Below, piece by piece: positions 50,801 through 62,000 of a DNA stretch of 64,000 nucleotides. Below the pieces are notes generated by a model. It did no database searches, was not told the DNA's origin, and was given only the letters and a program-made list of their open reading frames with translations. The stretch is from a virus, in the IMG/VR virus record IMGVR_UViG_3300043436_005236, positions 10,188 through 74,187 of that record. The stretch is one strand, 5' to 3'. How positions within the stretch are numbered: position 1 is the first letter of the stretch; the number at the start of each line of letters is the position of its first letter. The translations under genes and the position numbers were made by a program.

Positions 50801-52454
50801 AAAACCCAAAATTATTTTCTGGAAACACACACCCCACATTTATAACCGGTGATTCGCGCTGCGTGTTAAATGCACTGAGCGTGTTAGGAGACCAGCCAGC
50901 GTAACTTTCCTCTGTAAAATATTGATAGCTTGATGTAGGGGGGTTAGTAGAAAAGAAATTTTCTAAAGCTTTAACATTACACACAGGTCCAGGAAACTCT
51001 AAATAAGGCTTAAGCCAGTCGGAAGTTCCACCCCACGTGCGTAAATACAAGGTAGGTATATTAATTTCATCTTTCGGCAAAACATTACACTTATTAAAAT
51101 TACCAGCTGCTCTAACCATTATGCCGCCCTCTCTAATAATTTCATCCACTAAGCTATTAACAGAAACAACAGTTGCATCGAGCAATGTAGCGTATTGATA
51201 AGCTGCTTCAAACCAACCCCCGTAAATATCTGAAGTATGATTTTTCCACCATGGAGAAGGCATCCTAATATATCCCCAACTATTATTAATAATAGTTGGT
51301 CGATTTATACCAAGCTGCTTTTTGCGCTTAATAAAAGCTTTAATAAGCTTAAGTGCCTGTATTACAGTAATACCATCTTTTGTATAAGTTGTAATGCTTT
51401 TTAATGAATATATCCTACACCCCGGCGCCCATCCACACGTATTGCCTCCAATAATTGATGCACAAAACGTACCGTGCCCATCTATGTCGGAATAATAATT
51501 TGGTGGTAATGTACTTACTATTTTTTTATTCGAATCATCAACATATGTTGTCCAATCTTCTCGTATAACGCGACTCGTACCGTCAGGGTTTAAAAATTCT
51601 GGGTGATTTAACTCTACACCTGAATCTAGTACTATTACATCAACATTTTCGCCTATATTTTTTGACGAAAGATCAAATCCTAAACTATATGGATATGTGT
51701 TCGTATCACCAGCAACAGGAGTAAAATGAGTATATAGTCCATAATTACGAGCTTTTGCTCCTGTGTAAGTGCTAAGAGGCAAGCAATAGCTTGCCAATTC
51801 ATTAAGATCGTAAAATTTCGTTCCGTCTACTTTAAGATCGCCATATGATATATCATTGTACCATGTTGCATATATCGGTGGTAAAATACCAAACCTACTT
51901 TTTCCAATCGCAGGATATATTTTACGGTCTAGCGCTAATTTGACACCTTCTTGTATTTCATCTTCAAGCTCCACGCACACGACACTTTCGAGAGAATTTA
52001 TAGATAAAGCTTGCTCACCTGTTACATCTAAAAATAAAAGATTGGTATCGTGGTAGAAATTAAACTCGTCTATAGGCTCCTTAATACAATCATCTAGTTC
52101 ATCGCAATAATTACAAAGTTTATCGCGCACCTCGCACTTGCAATCGCCGCGTACTGTAACTATTGCTCTGCGCTTATCTGTAAAATTATACTTGTTGTTT
52201 AGTGTATCTAATTTAAATTGACTGCTAGTAACAGTGTGTTGCGAGGGCAGTATAGCGGTGTGAAATGTATTAAAACTGTTTGATAGGTTACTATTAACGT
52301 TCATTGTAATAGGCTCTATATCTGTAGAACCCATTCCTGTCTTTTGCGGTTTGTATATGAATGGACTTAGAGGTAAGGCTTGTGCTAACGAGTTATTAAT
52401 TAAATCATTATTAAAAGCACTCTTTCCAGGCAGCATATTTTGATAATCAAGCAT
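47880..52454 (-). CDS. Large subtilisin-family (S8) serine protease with long C-terminal beta-rich region
   Basis: Catalytic triad motifs VIVLDSG, DGHGTFCAS, SGTSFACP; oxyanion AAGN. Confidence 0.88.
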   Translation of the reverse strand: MLDYQNMLPGKSAFNNDLINNSLAQALPLSPFIYKPQKTGMGSTDIEPITMNVNSNLSNSFNTFHTAILPSQHTVTSSQFKLDTLNNKYNFTDKRRAIVTVRGDCKCEVRDKLCNYCDELDDCIKEPIDEFNFYHDTNLLFLDVTGEQALSINSLESVVCVELEDEIQEGVKLALDRKIYPAIGKSRFGILPPIYATWYNDISYGDLKVDGTKFYDLNELASYCLPLSTYTGAKARNYGLYTHFTPVAGDTNTYPYSLGFDLSSKNIGENVDVIVLDSGVELNHPEFLNPDGTSRVIREDWTTYVDDSNKKIVSTLPPNYYSDIDGHGTFCASIIGGNTCGWAPGCRIYSLKSITTYTKDGITVIQALKLIKAFIKRKKQLGINRPTIINNSWGYIRMPSPWWKNHTSDIYGGWFEAAYQYATLLDATVVSVNSLVDEIIREGGIMVRAAGNFNKCNVLPKDEINIPTLYLRTWGGTSDWLKPYLEFPGPVCNVKALENFFSTNPPTSSYQYFTEESYAGWSPNTLSAFNTQRESPVINVGCVFPENNFGFYHENKIINEKSGCLNRGERGSLFIKSEYSNFGETIDLYACGYNVIGATATGSSMTWYNALNDKYGVASGTSFACPQVVGCLVQYLNDNLNATYTDCKDWLYANALSGRIAEFDNTKTVRSTTALFSGSNTANLTSFKLPLIKNYNNYFEEVYNDIGYNNVTILNTTTAVQLPWIYDWKLNSAWHESDGYVFLPALHIYSFSMPVFNKEVSAVFHISSFANPDTVGYNWNNYNTPYYELSSFVFEYWWKLSNSVLPLPIVDSYYLQNPNYIGNEIRVFKKHSTALVYLTSIPHPGNIINSDVLVPKTYRYSPITAPSARKVAMPLVGGLGQQRYTEILNEEETLNTQNLVNFCHITFKNNTLVVGDAGTDCWYIYNKDQNDKFTLTQVISSLEIQDDIVDYYTENERQYPNILKYSDIFRGFGRRRAGKIALSENGEYLAIPMHGYTKRSYLSRNATLSGFARNRGVTVPLSALLDVNNYDGYSFIFDVHYGTGSVTALYRRDNTTYKLLSTLQTSYALSAADTIGNAKNSLSSFIGYNNNSRNTHCIFSGNSALYLSYYAMGVIETQTISGSRGNVEQVWPFWGNSGGHFEIYELDNNIVSGPTSYKADTSFVIGTSAITNTSYFCGSGFSQYWADWGGLPGYELYASNFKQQRRFTNHFFNYYENNNNIFSLDNGTMRNYNYTFAGGGQTDHVVASTEYYSLSPVGVWWVAPTYKDLNGYGYTINLHASGGIGTTTIKTPRTHTIPVVNLYTGMINHENWNIRIAYNDKQWFDRRSITYIAKHNESGNILEVEESTGLVYFSVPDNTSETGYKTFTILHGFTNQYPFMCSRWPVITASYLNGVGDGNFNNFYGSSPVRCCFHDSTTFSILYANESLPTDYQSIYTSPKTARFVTFRINSTDFEDGDSNITAEHVKYNKNIFINGHNIYNSPNLLLQPYPKKYIIADDDSETINFEGRVYKRTSYTKYPVTNT

Positions 52455-52480
52455 AATTTGTAGTTAGTTCTTATTGTTAT

Positions 52481-54226
52481 TTATACGAGGCTGTATACAG
52501 CGTTAAATAAAGGAGGCACAGGTATAGTAGAAAGAGGAAAACTACTCACTGTATAGCCTGTTTGTGTACTCAATCTACCCATCGCAATAGCGTTAGCATC
52601 AGCTGCTGTAATTAGTTGATTAATTGTATATGGGTCTGCTGTCCTGAACCCCCATGGTGCGTTAACCAGTATACCGGTGAGATAAACCGTACTATCAATA
52701 TTAAGAAAAACCGGTGTGCCTGAATCTCCATCCCATACATCATATCTAAAGCTCGATAGTGGATGTGCATATGGCTGCGGAGAAATATGCAGCATTATAT
52801 CATTATATAGTGGGTATTTACTTGCCGGGGTAGGTGGGATGGTGTTTGTAGCTCTCCCCGCGCCTTGAGATACAGCTATATATGGAGTAGATAGCCCCGT
52901 AGTCGCAAAGCTAGTAAGCTCCAAAAAATCCATCACGCCCCCCCTGTACGAACTTTCAAGATTCGTAGCCCACATAGTTTTTTCATGCAACCGATCGAGT
53001 ATAGGCGTCACATGCAAACCTAAAGCTTCCATATCACGATCTAACACCGCTACAGCTAAATCTGCTGTAGGGTCAGAAGCTTGGTGAAGTTGTGTACAGC
53101 TTACAGGTATATTATTCGAAGTAACAAACGTTAAATCGCACTGTGTGTTTAGATTTGGAGGCCATGTGCCTTTAGCTTGCGGATGCGCATGCTGACAATA
53201 TAGAACATGTCTTGGCGTTATTAATACACCACCAAACGACTCATACCCAAACGTTTTATATACCACGCATCCAGTAAATTGCTCTGCCAGGTCTGGTAGT
53301 GCGTCTCTTTCCCTGCACCATAAATTTGGATTACGTACATATGTTCTAGTATTATGATTCTTTACCGTGAACATATTCATACTCGCTGAACCGCCAGGTT
53401 GATTAGTAGTTCTTGCTAAAATCTCCTGACACGCGTTTGCAGCATAACGATACCCAGATAGTGTAATGTAAAAAGGCGCAGACGTATAACTTTCTACACC
53501 TCTATGATTTTGTGCCGATATAGAGAACTGCAAGAGACAATTATCAGCAGTCGGTGTATGGGTAAAAGTATTAGCTGTATTAGGTATTGGTACTCCGTTT
53601 TGCAACCACAGTGCACTTAGCGGTTGTGGAAAAAGAGGTTTATTTAAAACAGAATCCTTTACATTCGCAAACAATTCTCTGTCAAAAGTGTGTTGTAAAG
53701 AACTAAACGCTACCCTGAAAGTCGTGCCTGGTTGATTTAGACCGTCATTATTATAAGGTGCTAAAAATTGATCGCCATAACGAGTAAAGAGACCCTGTCC
53801 AGCATCAGATCTAAAACTAGGCTTGTCTGGGTACTGTAAAATCCTAACAGATGTAGTTCCACCGGTAGCAGAACCCGCAATAATATTATTTGCTGTTAAC
53901 CCCCGAGCATTAGTAACTACTTCCCTCCATACTATAGTTCGGAGTCCGTGACTAAGATCAGGTGTAAATGTGAGAGTATTATCAAAGTACGGGAACTGTG
54001 TTGTCCACCACCCAGCTGAAAGAGTTGTAATGAATTTATTGCTTATATTATAGACCGGTCGTATACAAGAAAGAGTATCAACTTCAGGTAAAACAGCTCG
54101 TGAGAATAGAACGTTCTGATTTGTAACATCTCGACGAGGCAGCCAACCTGTAACAATAGCATTTTGTACTAAAACAGGCGGCTTTGATAGTAATTTTGAA
54201 ATTTTATTTCTAGGTACAACTTTCAT
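52481..54226 (-). CDS. Trypsin-like (S1) serine protease with upstream Ig-like domain
   Basis: GVLITPRHVLYCQH, ADLAVAVLD, GDSGTPVF; Ig-like WLQNGVPI...FSISAQN. Confidence 0.8.
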   Translation of the reverse strand: MKVVPRNKISKLLSKPPVLVQNAIVTGWLPRRDVTNQNVLFSRAVLPEVDTLSCIRPVYNISNKFITTLSAGWWTTQFPYFDNTLTFTPDLSHGLRTIVWREVVTNARGLTANNIIAGSATGGTTSVRILQYPDKPSFRSDAGQGLFTRYGDQFLAPYNNDGLNQPGTTFRVAFSSLQHTFDRELFANVKDSVLNKPLFPQPLSALWLQNGVPIPNTANTFTHTPTADNCLLQFSISAQNHRGVESYTSAPFYITLSGYRYAANACQEILARTTNQPGGSASMNMFTVKNHNTRTYVRNPNLWCRERDALPDLAEQFTGCVVYKTFGYESFGGVLITPRHVLYCQHAHPQAKGTWPPNLNTQCDLTFVTSNNIPVSCTQLHQASDPTADLAVAVLDRDMEALGLHVTPILDRLHEKTMWATNLESSYRGGVMDFLELTSFATTGLSTPYIAVSQGAGRATNTIPPTPASKYPLYNDIMLHISPQPYAHPLSSFRYDVWDGDSGTPVFLNIDSTVYLTGILVNAPWGFRTADPYTINQLITAADANAIAMGRLSTQTGYTVSSFPLSTIPVPPLFNAVYSLV

Positions 54227-54230
54227 TTAA

Positions 54231-54806
54231 TTAAATAAGATCCCAGTTATTATCACCAATGTATAACAACTGAGCAGTATTTTTTGGGTCTATAACATTA
54301 GCCGCATATGTATTATCGTAATTAATAACAACGTTACTATTTAGCGGTAAAATGGTGAGAGCGCTAAGACCAGCGTTTCGTATAGTAATAGAAGCGCCCG
54401 GTGTGAAGTTGTTATTATCTGTAGGTACATAAATCGTATGCACATCATTAAAAGATTTGCGTATATAACCTGAAAAATTTTCCGGCAGGATAGTATAATC
54501 CTGGCTATCAATGTTGTATATGTTGGTTATATTACCCGTCACACCCCAGGCAGCGCTGCTAGATTGCACTGTAGTGTTAAGTACTTGTAACGATGAGTCA
54601 ATCTCATTAGCATACTCTATAGACGCGGAACCACTAGTCAGCTGCCCAAAAGAACTCGTAAGAGAGCGTGCAACATCTGTTGAAAGTGTATTTGTAATTG
54701 TAAATATAGTTGCTCTTCTTGTACGAACGCCATCATCTATAACGAGAAATTCATATCCGTTTACTGTTGTAGCGATATCTAAGCTAGCTATTTTAATAGT
54801 TGGCAT
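54231..54806 (-). CDS. Short tail-fibre-like protein
   Basis: N-terminal IKIASL...TRRATI resembles the N-terminus of 59091-62423; C-terminal domain typical of fibre ends (ITIRNAG, LLYIGDNNW). Confidence 0.55.
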   Translation of the reverse strand: MPTIKIASLDIATTVNGYEFLVIDDGVRTRRATIFTITNTLSTDVARSLTSSFGQLTSGSASIEYANEIDSSLQVLNTTVQSSSAAWGVTGNITNIYNIDSQDYTILPENFSGYIRKSFNDVHTIYVPTDNNNFTPGASITIRNAGLSALTILPLNSNVVINYDNTYAANVIDPKNTAQLLYIGDNNWDLI

Positions 54807-54811
54807 ATTTA

Positions 54812-54819
54812 TATTTATA
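54812..54819 (-). promoter_or_regulatory. T4-type late promoter TATAAATA
   Basis: Immediately after the terminator, 5 nt before ATG 54806. Confidence 0.8.
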
Positions 54820-54853
54820 AAAAAACCGTTGATTCGTAGTGAATCAACGGTTT
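54819..54853 (-). terminator. Rho-independent terminator
   Basis: 13-bp stem aaaccgttgattc-gtagt-gaatcaacggttt with a T-run on the minus strand. Confidence 0.85.
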
Positions 54854-54878
54854 GTATTATTACATATTTGTATAAAAA

Positions 54879-55124
54879 TTATGGCACTCTAAAATGTCTT
54901 TTAACAGCTTCTACTACATCTAAATTAGTCCACTCGCGAGGATTATCGTAATTGTCATCAGATAACTCTGATAGCTCTATTCGCTCGCTATCTACAACAG
55001 CGATTACCTTTTTCTCGCCCGGTAAATCAATAATTCTACTAATTACAATTTCGGTTATAGTCTTTGTTACTTCTGGCTGGGTAACAATAACACGTGGTTC
55101 ATCTAAGCTGATCTGTAAACTCAT
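54879..55124 (-). CDS. Hypothetical protein (81 aa)
   Basis: ATG 5 nt after TAAATA; followed by a terminator. Confidence 0.7.
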   Translation of the reverse strand: MSLQISLDEPRVIVTQPEVTKTITEIVISRIIDLPGEKKVIAVVDSERIELSELSDDNYDNPREWTNLDVVEAVKRHFRVP

Positions 55125-55152
55125 AATTATATTTATTCTCCCGCGTTATTTT

Positions 55153-55971
55153 TTAATACTTAAAGATATTATTATACCAGTTAAAATTATTATCTAACCA
55201 ATCGCAGATATCTTTACCAAGTATTTCGTGAGGTTTGTTATCTGTGAATTGTATCTTAGGTCTTATCTTGTGATCGCCGAACACACCATATACAGAATCA
55301 TCTTCTTGTGTGATTTGATCGATATATTGAAAATTATGAAATTCGTAATTTGGTATCTCGAAATAGTTATATATTTGCTGTAGTGTTTTTTCAGGCGAAC
55401 TACATAGATCTTCGTATCTTACAAACATCATATTTTTATTGAGACCCTGTCTAAAGATCTCCCCTACTCTCTCAATAGCTAAGCCTAGCGGTTGTGTTGC
55501 GAGGTAATGGTCGACACGTTTCGGTGTCGTGGTGTTTCTTAATTCACTATGATTAACAATACCAGAATCAGTTTCTGGAGCTGTTCTAAACTTTTTCTCC
55601 ATCGAAGCGACTATTTGTTTAATATCTCTTACCATACAGATAATTTTAGGCGGCTCGTTAAGGACAAACTGTAGTAGGTCGTAATGTATCCCCCAGCCAC
55701 GTGATTTTTCTAAAACAACAGGCTTATCTGTTATTGCATCATAAAAGCCATGAAGACCCTTATTGCAAAAATTTTGAAATCCTTTTCTCATTAGCTCATT
55801 GTCCTGCGCTTTAAACGTAGGATCATTCGCATAGTTAGCACGAGCTCCATAAACCAACTCAAGAGTACCAGAAGTCGGCGTACAGTAGAAATTAGGATTT
55901 TGTGCAAAAATGTTTTGTAATAATGTTGATCCAGATCTAGGTAGAGATGAATTAAATAGTAGTTTCTTCAT
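55153..55971 (-). CDS. PAPS-dependent sulfotransferase
   Basis: 5'-PSB loop SLPRSGSTLL, EKSR, 3'-PB MVRD...VAS, VRYEDL. Confidence 0.88.
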   Translation of the reverse strand: MKKLLFNSSLPRSGSTLLQNIFAQNPNFYCTPTSGTLELVYGARANYANDPTFKAQDNELMRKGFQNFCNKGLHGFYDAITDKPVVLEKSRGWGIHYDLLQFVLNEPPKIICMVRDIKQIVASMEKKFRTAPETDSGIVNHSELRNTTTPKRVDHYLATQPLGLAIERVGEIFRQGLNKNMMFVRYEDLCSSPEKTLQQIYNYFEIPNYEFHNFQYIDQITQEDDSVYGVFGDHKIRPKIQFTDNKPHEILGKDICDWLDNNFNWYNNIFKY

Positions 55972-56855
55972 AATGTTTCAAGAATAGCATTAATATCAAA
56001 TATTTGATTTGGAGCTGTAAAAGGACATTCATAGATAGCTCCGGTAAAGTTATAATCATGTAAGTATGAATCTACCGTACCTTTTGGAAATGATTCTGTT
56101 GAGGTAATATTTTTGTGTATTTTATAGCCGAAGATTTCAGGCTGTGTCGCTACCCAAACAACAGTTGAAGGTAGATTTAGAGCAGCAGCGGCGTGCTGCA
56201 ATGATGAATCTATTAAGAGTCTTGCATGAGAATATTCTAAAAGACCAAATAGTACTTTCTTCTGTAAAATCTGATCAACTCTAACACAATTTTGTAATTG
56301 TGGGTGAAAATCGTAACACACATAAACTACATGATATTTTTCACTTAATTTATCTACTAAAGTTTGAGCTACATCAGGGTGTATATCTCTCATCCAAGAA
56401 TAAGGTGTCTCTTGATATTCTTTACCTGGTCCGCCAAATGGTTGAAAGATTAAAACAGGCTTACCTGTGGTGTTGTTTATAAGTTTAGCAGCTATTTCTC
56501 TTTCTCTAAAATTTAGCACTAATCTAGGTTTTTCACCACCATATTCTATACCTATCATAGCGCACCATGATTCTATCAGATGACTCTTTTTAGTAATGTG
56601 AGAGGTAGTTTTATACGGCTCATGAGCGTAAATTTCGACATCTTTATTTAAAATATAATCTCTATAAAAATACGGCACACTACCTAACTTATAAACACGC
56701 TCAACCGTGGGGTTATTAAGAAAGACCTCAGGCCACGCACATACAACTACCACTTTGGCATTAGGATTATTTTTTTTATAGCACTCCACTACAGCAGTAG
56801 CAGCTATATGCTTACCTATACCACCTTCTATATGAAAAACAGCAATTTTGGACAC
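55968..56855 (-). CDS. GT-B glycosyltransferase (GT9-like)
   Basis: GGIGKHI, FLNNP, LIDSSLQHAAAALNLPSTVVW, PEIFGY. Confidence 0.78.
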   Translation of the reverse strand: MSKIAVFHIEGGIGKHIAATAVVECYKKNNPNAKVVVVCAWPEVFLNNPTVERVYKLGSVPYFYRDYILNKDVEIYAHEPYKTTSHITKKSHLIESWCAMIGIEYGGEKPRLVLNFREREIAAKLINNTTGKPVLIFQPFGGPGKEYQETPYSWMRDIHPDVAQTLVDKLSEKYHVVYVCYDFHPQLQNCVRVDQILQKKVLFGLLEYSHARLLIDSSLQHAAAALNLPSTVVWVATQPEIFGYKIHKNITSTESFPKGTVDSYLHDYNFTGAIYECPFTAPNQIFDINAILETL

Positions 56856-56861
56856 TTCTAT

Positions 56862-56889
56862 AATTTAATATAGGTTTTGTAATTTGCAA
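56862..56889 (-). promoter_or_regulatory. Sigma70-like promoter for GT9 and sulfotransferase
   Basis: TTGCAA-N16-TAAATT-N6-GTG. Confidence 0.55.
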
Positions 56890-56891
56890 GA

Positions 56892-59081
56892 TTAAGGTAC
56901 TATATAAAGCTGATTGCTAGTAGTACATCTCCATACAGATCCTGTTCCTAACCCAGCAGAGGTAATAGGTACATTAGTAAGTACAATACACGGTGTATAC
57001 GCTGTATTAGCTGATAGAGCTATTATACTTGCTCCTGCTATAATAGAAGAGCATGTTGCTGTAGAGCGTATATCATTACAAGCGCCTCCAAGTATACTAG
57101 AAGCTCTACCACTCACTCTACCACTAAACCCACCCGCTATAGTAGAACAATCACCACTAGCTGTATTACAATAGCCACCAGCTACAGTAGAATAAGCACC
57201 ATTTGCTGTATTACAATGACCACCACCAACGGTACTTACAGTAATAGCTGTGTTACGAGTACCACCAGCTATAGTTGAGTTACCACAAGCTGTATTACAT
57301 AACCCACCAGCTACAGTTGCGTAACTTTCATAAGCTATATTACATTGACCACCACCTATGGTAGCCATTTCTCCACTAGCTGTATTACAACAGCCACCAG
57401 CTATAATAGAATAATAACCACTAGCTGTATTATAGTAACCGCCACCTATAGTAGAGTATACACCACTAGCTGTGTTATTGGAACCACCACCTACAAAAGA
57501 ACCCAGTTCACTAACTCTGCTACTAAATCCACCAGCTATAGTAGATCGATTACCACTAGCTGTATTACTTTGTCCGCCTCCTATAGTAGATCGATAACCA
57601 CTTGCTGTATTACAGCGACCACCGCTCACAGTAGCGTCATCTTCACTAGCTATATTATTTTGTCCGCCTCCTATAGTGGTTCGATAGCTACTAGCTGTAT
57701 TACAACGACCACCAGCTATAGTAGAGTATATACCACTAGCTGTATTACTTTGTCCCCCAGCTATAATAGAGGAAGTACCACTAGCTGTATTACAATAACC
57801 ACCAGCTATAACAGACCTAGGTCCACTAGCTCTACTACTAAACCCACCCGCTACAGTAGAATAGGCAGCACTAGCTATATTACATCCACCACCGCCTATA
57901 GTAGAGTAATTACCGCTAGCTGTATTACCTACACCACCACCTATAATAGACACAGTACCACTAGCTCTACTACTAAACCCACCCGCTACAGTAGAATAGG
58001 CAGCACTAGCTATATTACATTCACCACCGCCTATAGTAGAATAACTACTTGCTGTATTACAGCGACCACCGCCTATAGTAGAGTAATTACCGCTAGCTAT
58101 ACTACTAAACCCACCCGCTACAGTAGAATAGGTAGCACTAGCTATATTACATGCACCACCTGCTACAGTAGAATAACCACCGCTAGCTCTACTACTAAAC
58201 CCACCCGCTACAGTAGAATAGGTCCCTGAAACTGTATTACCACGACCACCACCGATAAAGGACCCATTTCCGCTAGCTCTACTACTAAAACCACCCGCTA
58301 TAGTTGAATAGGTAGCATTAGCTATATTACATTGACCACCAGCTACAGTAGAATGATCACAACTAGCTGTATTACAGCTACCACCAGCTACAGTAGAACT
58401 ACAGCCACTAGCTCTACTACTAAACCCCCCTGCTATAGTAGAGTAAACAGTACTAGCTATATTACATTGACCACCTCCTATAGTTGAGAAATTACCGCTA
58501 GATGTATTACGAAAACCGCCACCTACAACGCCACCTAACCCACTAATATTACAGCTACCACCACCTATTGTAGAATAGAGCCCTGAAACTGTATTACCAA
58601 TGCCACCACCTATAAAGGAACTCGCACCGCTAGCTCTACTACTAAATCCACCAGCTATAGTAGAGTAGGTACCACTAGCTGTATTACATTGACCACCACC
58701 TATAGTAGAATGATCACAACTAGCTGTATTATAGCTACCACCTCCTATAGTAGATCTACAGCCACTAGCTGTATTACGAAAACCACCACCAACAGTCGTG
58801 GCCGACCCACGGTACTCGCCAGAGGCTGGTCCAGGAAGGCTTACAATAGATGTTCCGCTAGCCGTATTGCAGAAACCACCGCCTACAGTAGAGTGTACAC
58901 CGCTAGCTGTATTATTTTCACCTAAAGCTACTGCAGCTCTATTTGATGCTGTTGATGAAACACCAATTACGTTAGAAAAAACTCCCGTATTGACCTGCGA
59001 CTCGCCAATAGTGATACTACCTGTCGAGCTTAATATACCAGCTATTGTCTGGCTTCCTGTATCTGTTATATGTTTTGGCAT
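56892..59081 (-). CDS. Beta-roll (YadA head / Hep-Hag-like) repeat fibre/adhesin protein
   Basis: About 40 tandem 14-15-aa repeats N(T/I)ASGxYST(I/V)(A/G)GG. Confidence 0.8.
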   Translation of the reverse strand: MPKHITDTGSQTIAGILSSTGSITIGESQVNTGVFSNVIGVSSTASNRAAVALGENNTASGVHSTVGGGFCNTASGTSIVSLPGPASGEYRGSATTVGGGFRNTASGCRSTIGGGSYNTASCDHSTIGGGQCNTASGTYSTIAGGFSSRASGASSFIGGGIGNTVSGLYSTIGGGSCNISGLGGVVGGGFRNTSSGNFSTIGGGQCNIASTVYSTIAGGFSSRASGCSSTVAGGSCNTASCDHSTVAGGQCNIANATYSTIAGGFSSRASGNGSFIGGGRGNTVSGTYSTVAGGFSSRASGGYSTVAGGACNIASATYSTVAGGFSSIASGNYSTIGGGRCNTASSYSTIGGGECNIASAAYSTVAGGFSSRASGTVSIIGGGVGNTASGNYSTIGGGGCNIASAAYSTVAGGFSSRASGPRSVIAGGYCNTASGTSSIIAGGQSNTASGIYSTIAGGRCNTASSYRTTIGGGQNNIASEDDATVSGGRCNTASGYRSTIGGGQSNTASGNRSTIAGGFSSRVSELGSFVGGGSNNTASGVYSTIGGGYYNTASGYYSIIAGGCCNTASGEMATIGGGQCNIAYESYATVAGGLCNTACGNSTIAGGTRNTAITVSTVGGGHCNTANGAYSTVAGGYCNTASGDCSTIAGGFSGRVSGRASSILGGACNDIRSTATCSSIIAGASIIALSANTAYTPCIVLTNVPITSAGLGTGSVWRCTTSNQLYIVP

Positions 59082-59090
59082 AAGTTTATA

Positions 59091-62000
59091 TTAAATTAAA
59101 GTTGTTGTAAGGGCTCCTAAATCTGTAACACGTATTCTCCATTTTGTACCATTTGGCGATTTAAGGATAATCCCGTTACTGCTATTAGTTACATCAATAT
59201 CACCTGCTGCACTAACTGTCCCTTGTAGCGTCAAGCCTGATGTTTGTCCGATATTAAGCTGAGAAATTGTAGCTGTAAGTGCTGTAAGTGTCGAAGATGA
59301 TAGATTTTGCGCTATGGTGTTTCTACCTATATAGACATCGCCTTGTGAGCTTAAGTTATTTACATATGTAAAGTTAGAGCTTAGTGCAGTAATATTAGAC
59401 CCTATGATAAATGCATTTGATCTCGTATTAGTATCATTACCAATACCGCCCGCTATAGTAGAATAATCGCCATTTACTATGTTACCTTCTCCTAAAGCTA
59501 CTGAAGCTCTACCTGATGCTACTGATGAAAGACCGGTAGTAAACGAGCCTAATCCACTAGCTCTACCGCTAAACCCACCACCTATAGTAGATTGATAACC
59601 ACTAGCTGTGTTATTGTAACCACCACCTACAGTAGAGGAACCACCACTAGCTGTGTTATTGTAACCGCTACCTATAAAAGAATAAGGTCCACTAGCTCTA
59701 CCGCTAAACCCGCCTGCTATAGTAGACATATTACCACTAGCTGTGTTATCGAAACCGCCACCTATAGTAGATCCATAGCCACTAGCTTTATTAATTTGTC
59801 CGCCTCCTATAGTAGATCGATAACCACTAGCTATATTACAGCGACCACCGCTCACAGTAGCAGCATCTTCACTAGCTATATTATTTTGTCCGCCTCCAAC
59901 AAAGGAACAAACACCACTAGCTCTACTACTAAAGCCACCCGCTATAGTTGAATAGGTAGCATTAGCTATATTACATTGACCACCGCCTATAAAAGAACCA
60001 GCTCCACTAGCTGTATTACAGCCGCCACCAACCATAGCAGATCGATAACCACTTGCTGTATTAACTGCGCCACCACCTATAATAGACAAATTACCACTAG
60101 CTGCATTCATCGTACCACCACCTATAGTAGAGTAATTACCGCTAGCCCTACTACTAAAGCCACCGCCAATAGTACTAAAATCATTATTAATACAATTGCT
60201 TTTACCACCTGCTATGATAGAACTTTCACCATTAACTGTATTTTGAAATCCTCCTGCTACTGTTGAGTATATTCCAGAAGCCGTACTGCTAAACCCACCG
60301 GCTATTGTCGTAAATGAATTATTCGCGCGATTTTCACGACCACCGCCTATATAACTACCGTTACCAAGTGCTAAGTTTTCTGCACCACCACCAACAGTTG
60401 AAACATAACCACACGCGCGGTTACCACTGCCACCTCCTATTGTAGCAAAAATATGATTTGCTACGTTATTATAACCACCTCCGATAAACGAATGCTCGCT
60501 ATCACCGTAAATGCAGTTATCAGTACCACCTACTATTGCACCATATAAGCTTTCGACTGTGTTTAATGCACCCGAACCAATAAACGTACCTTCGCCAAGC
60601 GCATCATTACACGTTCCATTCACAACGGTGGAATAATCGGCTGTTGCTCTGTTACTTAGACCGTTTACTATAGCCGAGTAACTGCCACTTGCTATATTAC
60701 TATTACCGCCTACCGCAGCACTATAAATACCGGTAGCAAAATTACTAATACCATTAACAACTGTAGAATAATCACCGCAAGCAATATTGTAATATCCCTG
60801 TGCAATCATTGATGTAATACCTGTAGCGGTGTTATCATACCCACCACCTATGAAAGATTGATTAAGAGCGGTATTACTTGTACCTGTTACTACACCTGCT
60901 GTTCCGTTAGCACAGTTTTGTGTACCACCACCTACAAATGAGTAATTACCAAACGCGCTGTTAGCAAACCCAGTTGTTACACCAGAGCAGTTACCCGTTG
61001 CGTAGTTACTTTCACCGCCAAGAACGCTTGCTTGGTTGCCAGTTACACGGTGATTTTTGCCTATAGCTATAGCTGGCTGGCAGCCGTTTTGCCAAACAAT
61101 ACCTGCAATATACGTACCATCGTTAAACACGCTTAATTGAGCCGTGGAAGTTGCTACCGTGTTAGTAACGAAAAGCGATCCACGAGCACTAATGCTACCT
61201 GTTGTAGTTATATCGCGCGTTGCATAAAGAGCTTCAACGTGTGTTGTGTTTGCTGATATAGATCTAATATTTGTTCCAATTATAAATGAATTATTGTGTG
61301 TAGCGCAGTTCGAGCAACCACCGAGAATGCCTGTAAAGTTGCCAGATGCTGTATTGCGAAATCCGCTACTTATTGTCGAATAGCAGCCAGATGCTGTATT
61401 GCAAAACCCACTACCTATACTAGCACGGCAACCAGATGCTATATTACGGCTACCTCCACCTACGACAGAATCTCCCCCACTTGCACAATTGCAGTGACCG
61501 CCACCTACTGTAGAACATACACCATTAGCTGTATTGCGATCTCCACCACCTATAGTAGAATTACAACCACCTGCAATATTTAAAACACCGCCGCCAACAG
61601 TTGTATGATAGCTACTAGCTGTATTACTACAACCACCTGCTATAGTTGAAAAAGAACAACAACTTACATTGTTACAACCACCACCTATAAAGGTGCAGTT
61701 ACCTACACTTCGGTTATTTTGACCACCTACCACAGTGCTTGCATTACCTGCTGCTGTATTGCAAATACCCCCAACAGCGGTCGTACCGCCTCCACTAGCC
61801 ACATTACACGAGCCTCCTAGTATACTTGAACTAAACCCACTAGCCTGCCCGCTAAACCCACCAGCTACAGTGGAGTTTTGGCCAGAAGCGTTATTTTCTC
61901 TACCACCACCTACTACACTTGACGAGCTTGCTCTATTACAGTAACCACCAGCAATTGTTGCAAAGCATCCATTATTAATAATATTTTGACCGCCACCGCC

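Noticed and set aside
56914-61944. + strand TTSCIT-repeat ORFs
   Set aside because: Antisense shadows of the beta-roll repeats.
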